Notes: generated by a model from the sequence alone, not told the origin. A stretch of 64,000 nucleotides of DNA from an uncultured Candidatus Saccharibacteria bacterium (GCA_964479375.1 CAYZKD010000001.1:7540-71539); one strand, 5' to 3'; counted from the stretch's first letter, positions 9,060 to 17,836 are shown. Made by a program: numbers and translations.

Positions 9060-9791
9060 ATGTACTTATCTGTTATTGTTCCGGCCTATAATGAGGAGAG
9101 GAGGCTGCCCAAAACCTTAAGATCTATTAATGGCTATTTAGAAAATCAAAACTACGATTATGAGATTCTGGTGGTTTCTGACGGGTCTAAAGACAAAACA
9201 GCAGAGGTTGCCCGCGATCTTATGGGTGAGATCGGCGGATTGAGAGTAATAGACAATAAAAAAAACCATGGCAAGGGTTTTGTTGTAAGGCAGGGCTTAA
9301 CGGAGGCCAAGGGAGAAATAAGGCTATTTACAGACGCTGACGACTCTACCTCCGTAGACCAGGTAGAAAAGATGTTCCCCTTTTTCAAAAAGGGCTTTGA
9401 TATCGTAATAGGATCTAGGGACATAAAGGGCGCAGTTTTGGATCCCCCTCAGCCTTGGCGCAGAAGAATAATAGGGGACGTCTTCAATTTAATGGTTCAG
9501 GTTGTTGTGGGGCTTTGGGGTGTTTGGGATACTCAGTGCGGATTTAAGGCTTTTTCTTCAAGAGTTGTTCAGGATGTCCTGTCTTTGTGCGAGATAGACA
9601 GATGGGCCTTTGATCCTGAAGTGCTAAAGATAGCAAAGAAAAAAGGGTATAAGATAAAAGAGGTTCCCGTGAGGTGGGTTAACGATCCCGACAGCAAAGT
9701 GAATCTAAAAGGAATGATGAGGATGGGGGTGGATCTCCTTAAGATAAGGTGGAATTTAATTACTGGAAAATATGCCCAAAAAGAAAAATAA
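9060..9791 (+). CDS. family 2 glycosyltransferase (dolichyl/polyprenyl-phosphate sugar synthase-like)
   Basis: GT-A fold N-terminus (LSVIVPAYNEERRLPKTL...ILVVSDGSKDKT), a DAD motif (TDADDS) and QCGFKAF. Confidence 0.85.
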   Translation: MYLSVIVPAYNEERRLPKTLRSINGYLENQNYDYEILVVSDGSKDKTAEVARDLMGEIGGLRVIDNKKNHGKGFVVRQGLTEAKGEIRLFTDADDSTSVDQVEKMFPFFKKGFDIVIGSRDIKGAVLDPPQPWRRRIIGDVFNLMVQVVVGLWGVWDTQCGFKAFSSRVVQDVLSLCEIDRWAFDPEVLKIAKKKGYKIKEVPVRWVNDPDSKVNLKGMMRMGVDLLKIRWNLITGKYAQKEK

Positions 9792-10809
9792 ATTTCCTTC
9801 AGAGCTAAGGTCTGATTTGGCTTCAAGAGACTGGGTGATAATTGCCACAGGAAGGGCAAGGAGACCCGAGACATTTAAGAAAGAGAAAAGGGCGGCCCAG
9901 GCTACTCCCAAAAAGGATTGCCCTTTTTGTGATATTAAAACACAAGAGAAGGCCACTCTCGTTTTTTCTAGGGGCAGAGAGGTCCCTTTTAAGCAGTGGA
10001 GGGACCTGCCCAAAGATTGGAGCGTGGTGGTTGTTCCCAATAAATATCCTGCTTTCAGGCCGTATCCTAAACTAAATACTAAAACCGAGAACGGCCTTTA
10101 TACCAAAATGAATGCAGTGGGATTTCATGAAGTGGTGGTGACAAGAGACCATAAAAAACAAGTAGCCCAGTTTTCCAAAGATAAAGTGAAAGAACTCATG
10201 GATGTTTACCAGAAAAGATATCTAGGATTAAAGGATAAAAAATTTGTCAATCATATTTCTATTTTCCATAATCACGGGCAAGAAGCCGGCGCCTCTATCG
10301 GCCATCCTCACTCCCAAATTATTACCACCCCCCTTATTGATGTTGATTTACAGGAGGCTCTTTCTAATTCAAGAAAGTTTAAAAAAAGGAAGAAAGACTG
10401 TATTTACTGCAAAATGAACGAGTGGGAAATGAGGAAAAAAGAAAGGATTGTCTTCGAGAATAAAAACTTTCTGGCGGTTTGTCCCTTTGCCTCCAAAACT
10501 GCCTTCCAGACCATAGTTTCCCCGAAGAAGCACCAATCTTATTTCGAAGAGGTAACAGAAAAAGAAAAAGAGAGTTTGGCAGAAGCATTTGGAGAAACAA
10601 TAAGAAAGATTTACAAAGGCCTTGATGATCCTGCCTACAACTTTTATCTGCATACTGCCCCTTGCGACGGCAATAAACACGATTATTATCATTGGCACTG
10701 GACCATTCTGCCCAAGACCTCAATTTGGGCGGGATTTGAGTTAGGCACTCAAATGGAAATTTCTACCATTGAACCCGAAAAAGCGGCAGACTATTTGAGG
10801 AAACAGTAG
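9772..10809 (+). CDS. galT: galactose-1-phosphate uridylyltransferase-like protein (HIT superfamily, GalT family)
   Basis: Zinc-site CPFCD, active-site HPHSQI (the H-x-H-x-Q nucleotidyl-transfer motif), a second CIYCK motif, and two HIT-like half-domains. Confidence 0.7.
   Translation: MPKKKNKFPSELRSDLASRDWVIIATGRARRPETFKKEKRAAQATPKKDCPFCDIKTQEKATLVFSRGREVPFKQWRDLPKDWSVVVVPNKYPAFRPYPKLNTKTENGLYTKMNAVGFHEVVVTRDHKKQVAQFSKDKVKELMDVYQKRYLGLKDKKFVNHISIFHNHGQEAGASIGHPHSQIITTPLIDVDLQEALSNSRKFKKRKKDCIYCKMNEWEMRKKERIVFENKNFLAVCPFASKTAFQTIVSPKKHQSYFEEVTEKEKESLAEAFGETIRKIYKGLDDPAYNFYLHTAPCDGNKHDYYHWHWTILPKTSIWAGFELGTQMEISTIEPEKAADYLRKQ
10759..10808. repeat. 50-bp direct repeat, copy 1 (last 50 nt of galT)
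   Basis: ATTTCTACCATTGAACCCGAAAAAGCGGCAGACTATTTGAGGAAACAGTA is exactly repeated at 10947-10996, flanking a 138-bp insertion. Confidence 0.9.
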
Positions 10810-10850
10810 ACCTTAAAATATATCATATTATCAGGATCGGTAGAAATTTC

Positions 10851-10935
10851 GGTTTCCCCCGTGTCGGAAAACAGCCCCGCTTTTAGCGGGACGTTAGAAA
10901 CCGAGGGTTTCTAAAAAGGGGGGGCGGGGGAAACC
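10851..10935 (-). repeat. MITE-like palindromic element, copy A (family with terminal inverted repeats GGTTTCCCCCG / CGGGGGAAACC)
   Basis: 85 bp with a perfect 11-bp terminal inverted repeat and a nested near-palindrome TTAGAAACCGAGGGTTTCTAA. Its conserved ends match two more copies at 62224-62319 and 62424-62519, in opposite orientation, with a different central hairpin. Confidence 0.7.
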
Positions 10936-10946
10936 GTATGAACGTA

Positions 10947-10996
10947 ATTTCTACCATTGAACCCGAAAAAGCGGCAGACTATTTGAGGAAACAGTA
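10947..10996. repeat. 50-bp direct repeat, copy 2 (duplicate of the galT 3' end)
   Basis: Identical to 10759-10808. It is followed by TAA instead of TAG. Confidence 0.9.
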
Positions 10997-11080
10997 AAAA
11001 GAAGATTAATTGGGGAACGAAGGAGGGGGGGCTATCCTTGGCAAAGTCTATGAGGAGGATTTAATAAAAAGAAAAAATAG

Positions 11081-11096
11081 TGCTAAAATTATAATA
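11081..11096 (+). promoter_or_regulatory. candidate extended -10 promoter (TGCTAAAATTATAAT) upstream of the pilin gene
   Basis: TGnTAAAAT plus TATAAT 20-35 nt upstream of the start. A near-identical TTGCTAAAATTAT lies at 12639-12652 before the next operon. Confidence 0.4.
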
Positions 11097-11115
11097 ATTA
11101 ATAGCATTAAAAAAT

Positions 11116-11913
11116 ATGAAACAAAAAGCGTTTACATTAGTTGAATTGTTAGTTGTTATAGCCATAATAGGGCTTTTAGCCAGCATTGTTTTGGTTTCCC
11201 TGAAAGGGGCTAGGCAAAGGGCAACCGAGGCCAGCGGCGAACATTTCAGTTCTTCTGTTTATCACGCCCTTGGAGCCGACGCTATAGGGATTTGGAATTT
11301 TGACGACTCAAGCGATTTAGGGAAAGACAGCAGCGGAAACGGAAATGACGGAAGTCTCCAGTATGTTTCTGAGGCAGAGGGAAAGATAAGAGGAGGAGCT
11401 TCTTTTAACGGTACTAATTCTGATATTGAGATTGATGATACTGATGGAGGTATTGCAAGCGAAATGGAAGAGGGGTTTACCATAGAGAGTTGGTTTAATT
11501 CCGCAAGAGACCTTAGCAGTGGCACGCCGAATATAATATCAAAACATGACTACAATATTCTTCTTTATTTTTCCAGCAATAGTTTGGTGTTTTATCTATA
11601 TGGTGCCGGGTGGGATATTCTGGATTCTGGTGAGATATTAGAAAAGGAGAGGTGGCACCATGCTGCTGTTTCCTGTGATGGTCATGTTTCGGGGGCTAAC
11701 TGTACAATGTATGTTGACGGCAAAGAGGTAGATAGCGCATCGCTCTCTGGCGACATAGATTTGTCTGGGAACGTTAAGATAGGAGAGTGGCCATACGGTA
11801 ACTTCGAAGGCGTCTTAGACGAGGTTCGTCTTTACAGTCTTCCGATTTCCTCGGCTCAAATTAGAGAGCATTATGTTAAAGGAGCAAAAGAAAAAGGATT
11901 AGCAATAAAATAG
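11116..11913 (+). CDS. type IV pilin / pseudopilin-like protein with a C-terminal concanavalin-A-like (LamG) lectin domain
   Basis: N-terminal prepilin signal KQKAFTLVELLVVIAIIGLLASIV (class III signal peptide, conserved E5). The C-terminal 180 aa are G/D/S-rich with a LamG-like jelly-roll signature (...GVLDEVRLYS). Confidence 0.8.
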   Translation: MKQKAFTLVELLVVIAIIGLLASIVLVSLKGARQRATEASGEHFSSSVYHALGADAIGIWNFDDSSDLGKDSSGNGNDGSLQYVSEAEGKIRGGASFNGTNSDIEIDDTDGGIASEMEEGFTIESWFNSARDLSSGTPNIISKHDYNILLYFSSNSLVFYLYGAGWDILDSGEILEKERWHHAAVSCDGHVSGANCTMYVDGKEVDSASLSGDIDLSGNVKIGEWPYGNFEGVLDEVRLYSLPISSAQIREHYVKGAKEKGLAIK

Positions 11914-11918
11914 TCGCC

Positions 11919-12623
11919 ATGAAGCCTTTGGTAGTAGCAAATTGGAAAATGAATCCTGCCGGCGCTGAGGAAGCGGCTGGCTTGGCAGGAGGGATAAAGA
12001 GCAGCGAAAAAGCAGAGGTTGTAATCTGTCCCCCTTTTTGTTTCCTTTCTTCTTTTGAAGGAGTCAAAAAAGGAGCTCAGGATGTTTTCTGGGAGAAAGA
12101 GGGCGCTTTTACGGGAGAGGTTTCTCCTTTGATGCTGAAGGACTTAGGGTGCGATTATGTTATTGTCGGGCATTCAGAAAGAAGAAAGTATTTTTCAGAG
12201 AGCGACGATATAGTTAACAAAAAGGCGCGAGCCGCCCAAGACAATGACCTAACTCCTATTATTTGTATCGGAGAAAGAGAAGAGGAGAGAAGCAGAGCAG
12301 AAGAAATATTGGCAAGGGAGATAAAAAGAGGGCTGGAAGATTTGGATTCTAATGTTGTTTTGGCTTACGAACCCATCTGGGCTATCGGTACGGGAAATGC
12401 CTGCGGCAAAGAGGATGCTTTGAAAATGAGAGAAGCTATAGTCAATATCTTAAAAGAAAATTTCGGAGAGAAGTTTTCTGAGACTTCTGTTCTTTATGGA
12501 GGAAGCGTGAAAAGTCACAATGCCGGAGAATATGTCAAAGAAGCAGGCTTTAACGGTCTATTGGTGGGCGGGGCCTCTTTAAAACTCGAAGAGTTTAATA
12601 AAATAGTCGAAGAGGCAATTTGA
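11919..12623 (+). CDS. tpiA: triosephosphate isomerase
   Basis: ANWKMN, IVGHSERR, AYEPIWAIGTG and GGSV are canonical TIM motifs. Confidence 0.95.
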   Translation: MKPLVVANWKMNPAGAEEAAGLAGGIKSSEKAEVVICPPFCFLSSFEGVKKGAQDVFWEKEGAFTGEVSPLMLKDLGCDYVIVGHSERRKYFSESDDIVNKKARAAQDNDLTPIICIGEREEERSRAEEILAREIKRGLEDLDSNVVLAYEPIWAIGTGNACGKEDALKMREAIVNILKENFGEKFSETSVLYGGSVKSHNAGEYVKEAGFNGLLVGGASLKLEEFNKIVEEAI

Positions 12624-12638
12624 TCTAAAGATCTCATT

Positions 12639-12652
12639 TTGCTAAAATTATT
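12639..12652 (+). promoter_or_regulatory. candidate -10 element TTGCTAAAATTAT
   Basis: Same motif as at 11081, about 6 nt upstream of the 12658 start, which suggests a leaderless or short-leader transcript. Confidence 0.35.
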
Positions 12653-12657
12653 CCATT

Positions 12658-13170
12658 ATGCAGGGAAGATTTTTTTATAACCCGACAAGAGGAAAGATAA
12701 CAGAAGAGGAGGTAATAAAGGAGATGGTAAAATATATGCAGGAGGCCCCTGACAGGTTTTATGATATAATCGTGGGGTGCGATTCTTCCTCCGAAAAGAT
12801 TCCTCATTTTCCTGTAGCAGTCGCTATCTTAAGAGTGGGAGAAGGAGGACGGTTTTTTTTGAAAAAGATAAGATACAAAGACTCTTTTAACAAAAAGTTT
12901 AGTAACTGGAAAAACAGAATAATTCAGGAAGTTTTGCTGTCTTGCGAATTGGCTATTAATATGAGAGGAAAATTTGAGAAAAAAATGGAAGAGATGGCAG
13001 AAAAGAGCCTTAGGTTCCAGTTTCGCTATATTCATGCTGATATCAGCAAAAACGGGGGAACAGGGGAAATGGTGAAAGAACTAACAAACCTTATTCGCGG
13101 TAACGGCTTTGAGCCCAAAATCAAGCCGGAGGCGCATATTGCCACCAGTGTTGCTGATAAATTTTCCTAA
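12658..13170 (+). CDS. YkuK/DUF458-family RNase H-like protein
   Basis: Collinear with B. subtilis YkuK as recalled: FYN.T.GK.T.EEV, I.GCDSS (YkuK has IGTDSQ), and a C-terminal GGTGEMVKELTNLIRGNGFEPKIKPEAHIATSVADKFS. Confidence 0.65.
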   Translation: MQGRFFYNPTRGKITEEEVIKEMVKYMQEAPDRFYDIIVGCDSSSEKIPHFPVAVAILRVGEGGRFFLKKIRYKDSFNKKFSNWKNRIIQEVLLSCELAINMRGKFEKKMEEMAEKSLRFQFRYIHADISKNGGTGEMVKELTNLIRGNGFEPKIKPEAHIATSVADKFS

Positions 13171-13173
13171 ATT

Positions 13174-14958
13174 GTGAAATCCGCGGAATTAAGAAAAAAG
13201 TTCTTAGGTTATTTTGAGGAAAAGGGCCACAAGATAATGCCCTCCAGCTCTTTGGTTCCGGAGAGCAAGACGGTTCTTCTGACTTCAGCCGGCATGCAAC
13301 AGTTTATACCATACCTTTCAGGAGAAAAGGATGTTATCGGAGACCTTGGAAGTCGCCACCTAGCCTCTGTCCAAAAATGCTTTAGAACCCCCGATATTGA
13401 AGAAGTGGGAGATGATACCCACCATACTTTTTTTGAAATGATGGGGAACTGGTCTATTGGCGAAGATAAACATGGCTATTTTAAAGAAGGGGCTATTGAA
13501 TTGGCCCTTGATTTTTTAATAAAGGGTTTGGGCTTAGAGAAAGAAAGAATGTGGACAACTGTTTTTAGGGGCGGAAACAATATGCCAAGAGACAAAGAAT
13601 CTGCTGAGATTTGGGAGAGAAAAGGAATCCCCAGAAAGAGAATAAAAGAATTCGGCTTAGAAGACAATTTTTGGGGGCCTGTAGCAAAAACCGGCCCCTG
13701 TGGCCCCTGTTCTGAGATTCACTACGACAGAGGCCCGGAATTTGGGTGCAAAGACTGTGGCCCCAATTGCGAAAAATGCGACAGATATGTAGAATTATGG
13801 AACCTTGTTTTTATGGAGTATAACAAAAAAGAGGACGGCTCTTTTGAGCAGATGTCGCAGAGAAATGTAGATACGGGTATTGGATTTGAGAGATTGGTCG
13901 CTCTTTTGCAGGGGGAAGAATCTGCTTACGGAACAGATCTATTCTCTTCTGTGATTGAAAAAATAGAGGAGATTTCAGGGAAAAAGCATGAAGAAGAAAA
14001 AAGAAACTTTAGAATTGTTGCAGATCATATACGAGGAGCTGTCTTTCTGGCTTCAGACGGGGTAGCGCCAAGCAACATAGAGGAAGGATATATTTTAAGA
14101 AGAGTTTTAAGAAGAGCCATTCAGCAGGGGCGAATTCTTGATATGAAAGAAGGATTTTTGAATGATTTAGCAGAAGAAATAGTCTTTAAATACGGAGAGG
14201 CTTATCCAGAACTCAAAAAAAACAAAGAAAAAGCTTTAAAAGTTATTAAAGAAGAAGAAAAAAAATTTAGGCAGACTCTGGAGACGGGGATTAGAGTTAC
14301 TGCTGCTGTGATAGATGAAGCCGGAGAACTTACAGGAGAATTGGCTTTTAGGCAGTACGAGAGCAAGGGGGTTCCCCTGAAGGTTAGCAAAAAAATAGCT
14401 TCAGAAAAGGGAGCAATAATTTCAGATAATTTAGAAGAGGATTTTAAAAAAAGACTAAAAGAGCACCAGGAGGTTTCCCGGGCTGGAGCAGAGAAGAAGT
14501 TCGGAGGAGTGGGCAAGGGCGCAGGATACGAGGAAACAAAACTTCATACAACCACTCATCTTTTGCACCAGGCCTTGAGGGAGGTTTTGGGAGAAGAGGT
14601 AAAGCAAATGGGATCTGACATTAATTCAGAGAGATTAAGATTTGACTTTTCTTATCCCAGAAAAATGACGGAAGATGAAAAAGAGAAGGTGGAACAAATT
14701 GTAAATCAAAAAATCCAAGAAGGGCTGGAAGTCAGAAAAGAACAGATGGCCCTGAAGGAAGCCTTAAACACTGGCGCCCTAGATTTCTTCCGAGAGAAAT
14801 ATCCCGATAAAGTCAATGTTTACTCTATGGGCGACTTCTCTAAAGAGATATGTGCCGGGCCCCATATAAAAAATACTTCTGAGTTGGGCAGATTTAAAAT
14901 TGTGAACGAGAAGTCTTCCGGGGCGGGGGTGAGAAGAATTAAGGCGGTATTGGAATAG
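13174..14958 (+). CDS. alaS: alanyl-tRNA synthetase, truncated form lacking the C-terminal C-Ala domain
   Basis: GTG start. Class II core (LLTSAGMQQF, HHTFFEMMGNWSIGE), the editing-domain HxxxH motif (HTTTHLLHQAL) and a C-terminal CAGPHIKNT. Only 594 aa against a typical 870. Confidence 0.9.
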   Translation: MKSAELRKKFLGYFEEKGHKIMPSSSLVPESKTVLLTSAGMQQFIPYLSGEKDVIGDLGSRHLASVQKCFRTPDIEEVGDDTHHTFFEMMGNWSIGEDKHGYFKEGAIELALDFLIKGLGLEKERMWTTVFRGGNNMPRDKESAEIWERKGIPRKRIKEFGLEDNFWGPVAKTGPCGPCSEIHYDRGPEFGCKDCGPNCEKCDRYVELWNLVFMEYNKKEDGSFEQMSQRNVDTGIGFERLVALLQGEESAYGTDLFSSVIEKIEEISGKKHEEEKRNFRIVADHIRGAVFLASDGVAPSNIEEGYILRRVLRRAIQQGRILDMKEGFLNDLAEEIVFKYGEAYPELKKNKEKALKVIKEEEKKFRQTLETGIRVTAAVIDEAGELTGELAFRQYESKGVPLKVSKKIASEKGAIISDNLEEDFKKRLKEHQEVSRAGAEKKFGGVGKGAGYEETKLHTTTHLLHQALREVLGEEVKQMGSDINSERLRFDFSYPRKMTEDEKEKVEQIVNQKIQEGLEVRKEQMALKEALNTGALDFFREKYPDKVNVYSMGDFSKEICAGPHIKNTSELGRFKIVNEKSSGAGVRRIKAVLE

Positions 14959-14985
14959 CCGCATTTTTACAAGTATAATTAAACA

Positions 14986-16191
14986 ATGAAACTGGGATTG
15001 CTGAAAAACAAAAAAGAAAAGCTTTTGTTAGGACTTGATACGGGAACGGAGGCAGTAAAAGCCGCCTTATTTCTTGACAAAGGGGCAGGGGGCTGCAAGA
15101 TTTTAGGATACTCTTCTTGTTATTATGAAAAATACGGAGTATTTAATACCCGGGAATTTTTTAAAGATCTTTTCAAAAATACTGTTTCCAAAGCAGTTAG
15201 GGGAGCCCAAGAGAATGTCGCCCTTTCTGAGGTGCCTCTTGATCTGAAAAAAAGGGTTAGCAAAACAAATTGGGAAGTAGTTTTAACCTTTTCTCCGGAA
15301 TATCTGAAAGCCAGGATTGTCGAGGTTTGTTTTAAGAGGAAAAACAGAAATGTATCTATATCAAAAAAAGAAAAAACGAACATTAAAGAAAACATTCTTT
15401 TTCAGGCCAGAAAGAGAATTTCAGACCAGTTTGCCAGAGAAGCCGGTATTCTGCCCGCAGAAATAGAGTGGCTTTCCTTCAAGGTCCTTGAAAACAAGGT
15501 TGATGGATATAGGGTAGCCGACCTTAAGGATCATAAGGGCGAGAGGCTTGGTTTTAAAATCATGGTTGTATTCTCTCCGCAACATTACCTCAGGAGAATA
15601 AGGAATATTCTCGAAGAATTAAACTTTAATATTATTGGGATCGTTCATCTTGCAGAGATTATTGTTCCGGAAGAGGCCGGATTATTTTTAGATATGGGAG
15701 GTACGGTTAGCCAGGGAATTTGCTTTAAGGGAGGGGCGGTTAAAGAAGTCTTTGAATTCTACAAAGGAGGGCGTGATTTTACAGAAACTCTTTCTCAAGA
15801 CCTGGGCATTGATGAAACCACAGCCCGGAACTTTAAAGAAAGATACTCTTTGGGAGATTTGGGGAAGGGCGCGGAGAAGAAAGTGAAAAGTATTTTTGCT
15901 CAACTCAGAAGGGACTGGTACAATAGTCTTAGGGACAAAGTTAATCTAGTAGACCTTGTTCCTTCCGGGATAAATTTTGTAGGGGGAGGGGCATTGCTTC
16001 CTGACATTGGAAATGTTTTAAAAGAGAATCTGGCAGCGGAATTTCAAAAATCAAGTTTTTCTTATTCTCTGAAAACGAAAATGATTCACCCCGCTGATCT
16101 TAAAAACGGTCTGGAAATTTTAACAAAAAATTTGAACAGCATTCAAGCCACCCCGCTTTTATACATCTGTTCCAACTTCAAAAATGAGTAA
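14986..16191 (+). CDS. actin-fold ATPase of the FtsA/PilM family
   Basis: N-terminal LLGLDTGTEAVKAALF and C-terminal FVGGGALLPDIGNVLKENL phosphate-binding motifs of the ASKHA fold. FtsA cannot be distinguished from PilM by eye. Confidence 0.6.
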   Translation: MKLGLLKNKKEKLLLGLDTGTEAVKAALFLDKGAGGCKILGYSSCYYEKYGVFNTREFFKDLFKNTVSKAVRGAQENVALSEVPLDLKKRVSKTNWEVVLTFSPEYLKARIVEVCFKRKNRNVSISKKEKTNIKENILFQARKRISDQFAREAGILPAEIEWLSFKVLENKVDGYRVADLKDHKGERLGFKIMVVFSPQHYLRRIRNILEELNFNIIGIVHLAEIIVPEEAGLFLDMGGTVSQGICFKGGAVKEVFEFYKGGRDFTETLSQDLGIDETTARNFKERYSLGDLGKGAEKKVKSIFAQLRRDWYNSLRDKVNLVDLVPSGINFVGGGALLPDIGNVLKENLAAEFQKSSFSYSLKTKMIHPADLKNGLEILTKNLNSIQATPLLYICSNFKNE

Positions 16192-17428
16192 TAAATTTTT
16201 TGATGTCATTCCTCCCGAGAGAGGCATAAAAAAGGAAGAGAAAGAAATCTCCCAAGAGGAAAAACCTAAGAAAAAATTAAAAAAACCTTTTGGAAATAAA
16301 GTTAAGGGAATTGTTATTGTTGTCGCCCTCCTTTTATTATTGCTGGGGGCGAGTATGTTTTTTTTCCAGTCACCGGAAGTGAAGATCTATCCCCGGATAA
16401 CAGACTTAAAATTGGAAGAGGAGGCTATTATTGATTCCTCAACAGAAAAGGCCGATTTTGTGGCTAAAGTTATTCCCGGAGAAATCGTAGAAGTTCAGCA
16501 GTCTGCCGCTAAAGAGTTTTCGGTTACAGGAACTACCTCAGAAGAAAAAAGAGCTACGGGTGTCCTTCGGGTTTACAATGCTTACTCTACCAGTCCCCAG
16601 ATTCTAGTGGCTTCTACGAGGTTTGTTTCTGCAGACGGCAAACTTTTCCGTTCTGTTCACCGGGAAACTGTTCCCGGAGGCCATTATGAGGGCGGGGAGT
16701 TTGTCCCCGGCTATGTTGATATTGAAGTAAAAGCAACAGAGCCCGGAGAGGAGTATAACATAAAGCCGACCACTTTTTCCATCCCGGGCTTTGCAGGCAC
16801 TGAACGCTATACTGCTTTTTACGGAAGATCTTTCCAACCCATGGAAGGGGGACATGTAGGAGAGATGGGCCAAGTGACTCAGGAAGACCTTGGCAGAGCA
16901 AGAGAGGAGGTTTTAAATCAGGCAAAGTCGGAAAGCAGAGATTCTCTTGAAAGGAGGGTATCTGAGGACTATGAAATTGTAGCAGAAACAATTACCCAAG
17001 AAGTTCTTTCTGAAAACGCTTCAGCAGAAGCCGAGGAAGCAACAGAAACTTTTGATTATCAGGTTGAAATAAAGACCACGGGGCTGTCTTTCAAGAAAAG
17101 TCATTTAGAAGAGTTTGCCAATAACCTTATCAACCTAAGTCTGCCCGAGAAAAGGAAAATAAAAGAGGGCAGTCGGGAATTTGATTATTCTTTTTTGGAA
17201 GCGGGGATGGAAACGGCAAATCTTAAGGTTTTAGTTGAGGCAAAGGCCTATTACGATTTAGATCTGACAGCCATAAGGGAGTTTTCGGTCGGACAGACCG
17301 AACAAGAGGTAAGGATTATGCTTGAGAGCCAGCCCGGCATTGAAAAAACAGAGCTGGATTTAGGCGCTTTCTGGAACAGGCGGTTTCCCAAAAAACCCGA
17401 GGAAATAACAGTGGAGATTTGCCTTTGA
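16184..17428 (+). CDS. hypothetical bitopic membrane protein (N-terminal TM, large extracytoplasmic domain)
   Basis: The start overlaps the preceding stop. A basic N-terminus is followed by a single TM (GIVIVVALLLLLLGASMFFF). No recognisable motifs. Confidence 0.5.
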   Translation: MSNKFFDVIPPERGIKKEEKEISQEEKPKKKLKKPFGNKVKGIVIVVALLLLLLGASMFFFQSPEVKIYPRITDLKLEEEAIIDSSTEKADFVAKVIPGEIVEVQQSAAKEFSVTGTTSEEKRATGVLRVYNAYSTSPQILVASTRFVSADGKLFRSVHRETVPGGHYEGGEFVPGYVDIEVKATEPGEEYNIKPTTFSIPGFAGTERYTAFYGRSFQPMEGGHVGEMGQVTQEDLGRAREEVLNQAKSESRDSLERRVSEDYEIVAETITQEVLSENASAEAEEATETFDYQVEIKTTGLSFKKSHLEEFANNLINLSLPEKRKIKEGSREFDYSFLEAGMETANLKVLVEAKAYYDLDLTAIREFSVGQTEQEVRIMLESQPGIEKTELDLGAFWNRRFPKKPEEITVEICL

Positions 17429-17433
17429 GTCTT

Positions 17434-17468
17434 GACTTAATTGAGAAAATTTGATAGGTTATATAATT
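17434..17468 (+). promoter_or_regulatory. candidate sigma-70-like promoter (TTGACT ... TATATAAT) upstream of infA
   Basis: TTGACT at 17434 and TATAAT-like at 17461-17468. Spacing is approximate. Confidence 0.3.
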
Positions 17469-17472
17469 ACAA

Positions 17473-17697
17473 ATGTCAAAAACAGATAAAAATACGCATC
17501 GCACGCAAGGCGTTGTTTTAGAAAATTTGCCCAGCACCAATTTTAAGGTTAAGCTAGAGGACGGAAGAGAAATAATTGCTCATTTAGCCGGGAAATTGAG
17601 GATTCATAGAATTAAAATTTTACCGGGAGACAACGTTACAGTTGAAATGAGTCCCTATGACGAAAGCAGAGGCAGAATAGTTTATCGAAACAAATGA
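17473..17697 (+). CDS. infA: translation initiation factor IF-1
   Basis: S1-like OB fold, [51 protein letters not shown]. Confidence 0.95.
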   Translation: MSKTDKNTHRTQGVVLENLPSTNFKVKLEDGREIIAHLAGKLRIHRIKILPGDNVTVEMSPYDESRGRIVYRNK

Positions 17698-17719
17698 ATG
17701 GTTGGGCAGATGAAAAATT

Positions 17720-17833
17720 ATGAAGGTCAGGCCCTCAGTCAAGAAAATTTGTAATCATTGTAAGATCGTCCGCAGAAAGGGGCGTGTTTATGTTATCTGT
17801 TCTAACCCTAGACACAAACAGAGACAAGGATAA
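17720..17833 (+). CDS. rpmJ: 50S ribosomal protein L36
   Basis: 37-aa [37 protein letters not shown]. It is under 60 aa, so it is absent from the ORF track. Confidence 0.9.
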   Translation: MKVRPSVKKICNHCKIVRRKGRVYVICSNPRHKQRQG

Positions 17834-17836
17834 ATT

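Noticed and set aside
10759-10996. Diversity-generating retroelement VR/TR pair explaining the duplicated galT 3' end
   Set aside because: The copies are identical, with no adenine-specific differences. They are only 50 bp long and no reverse transcriptase gene is nearby.
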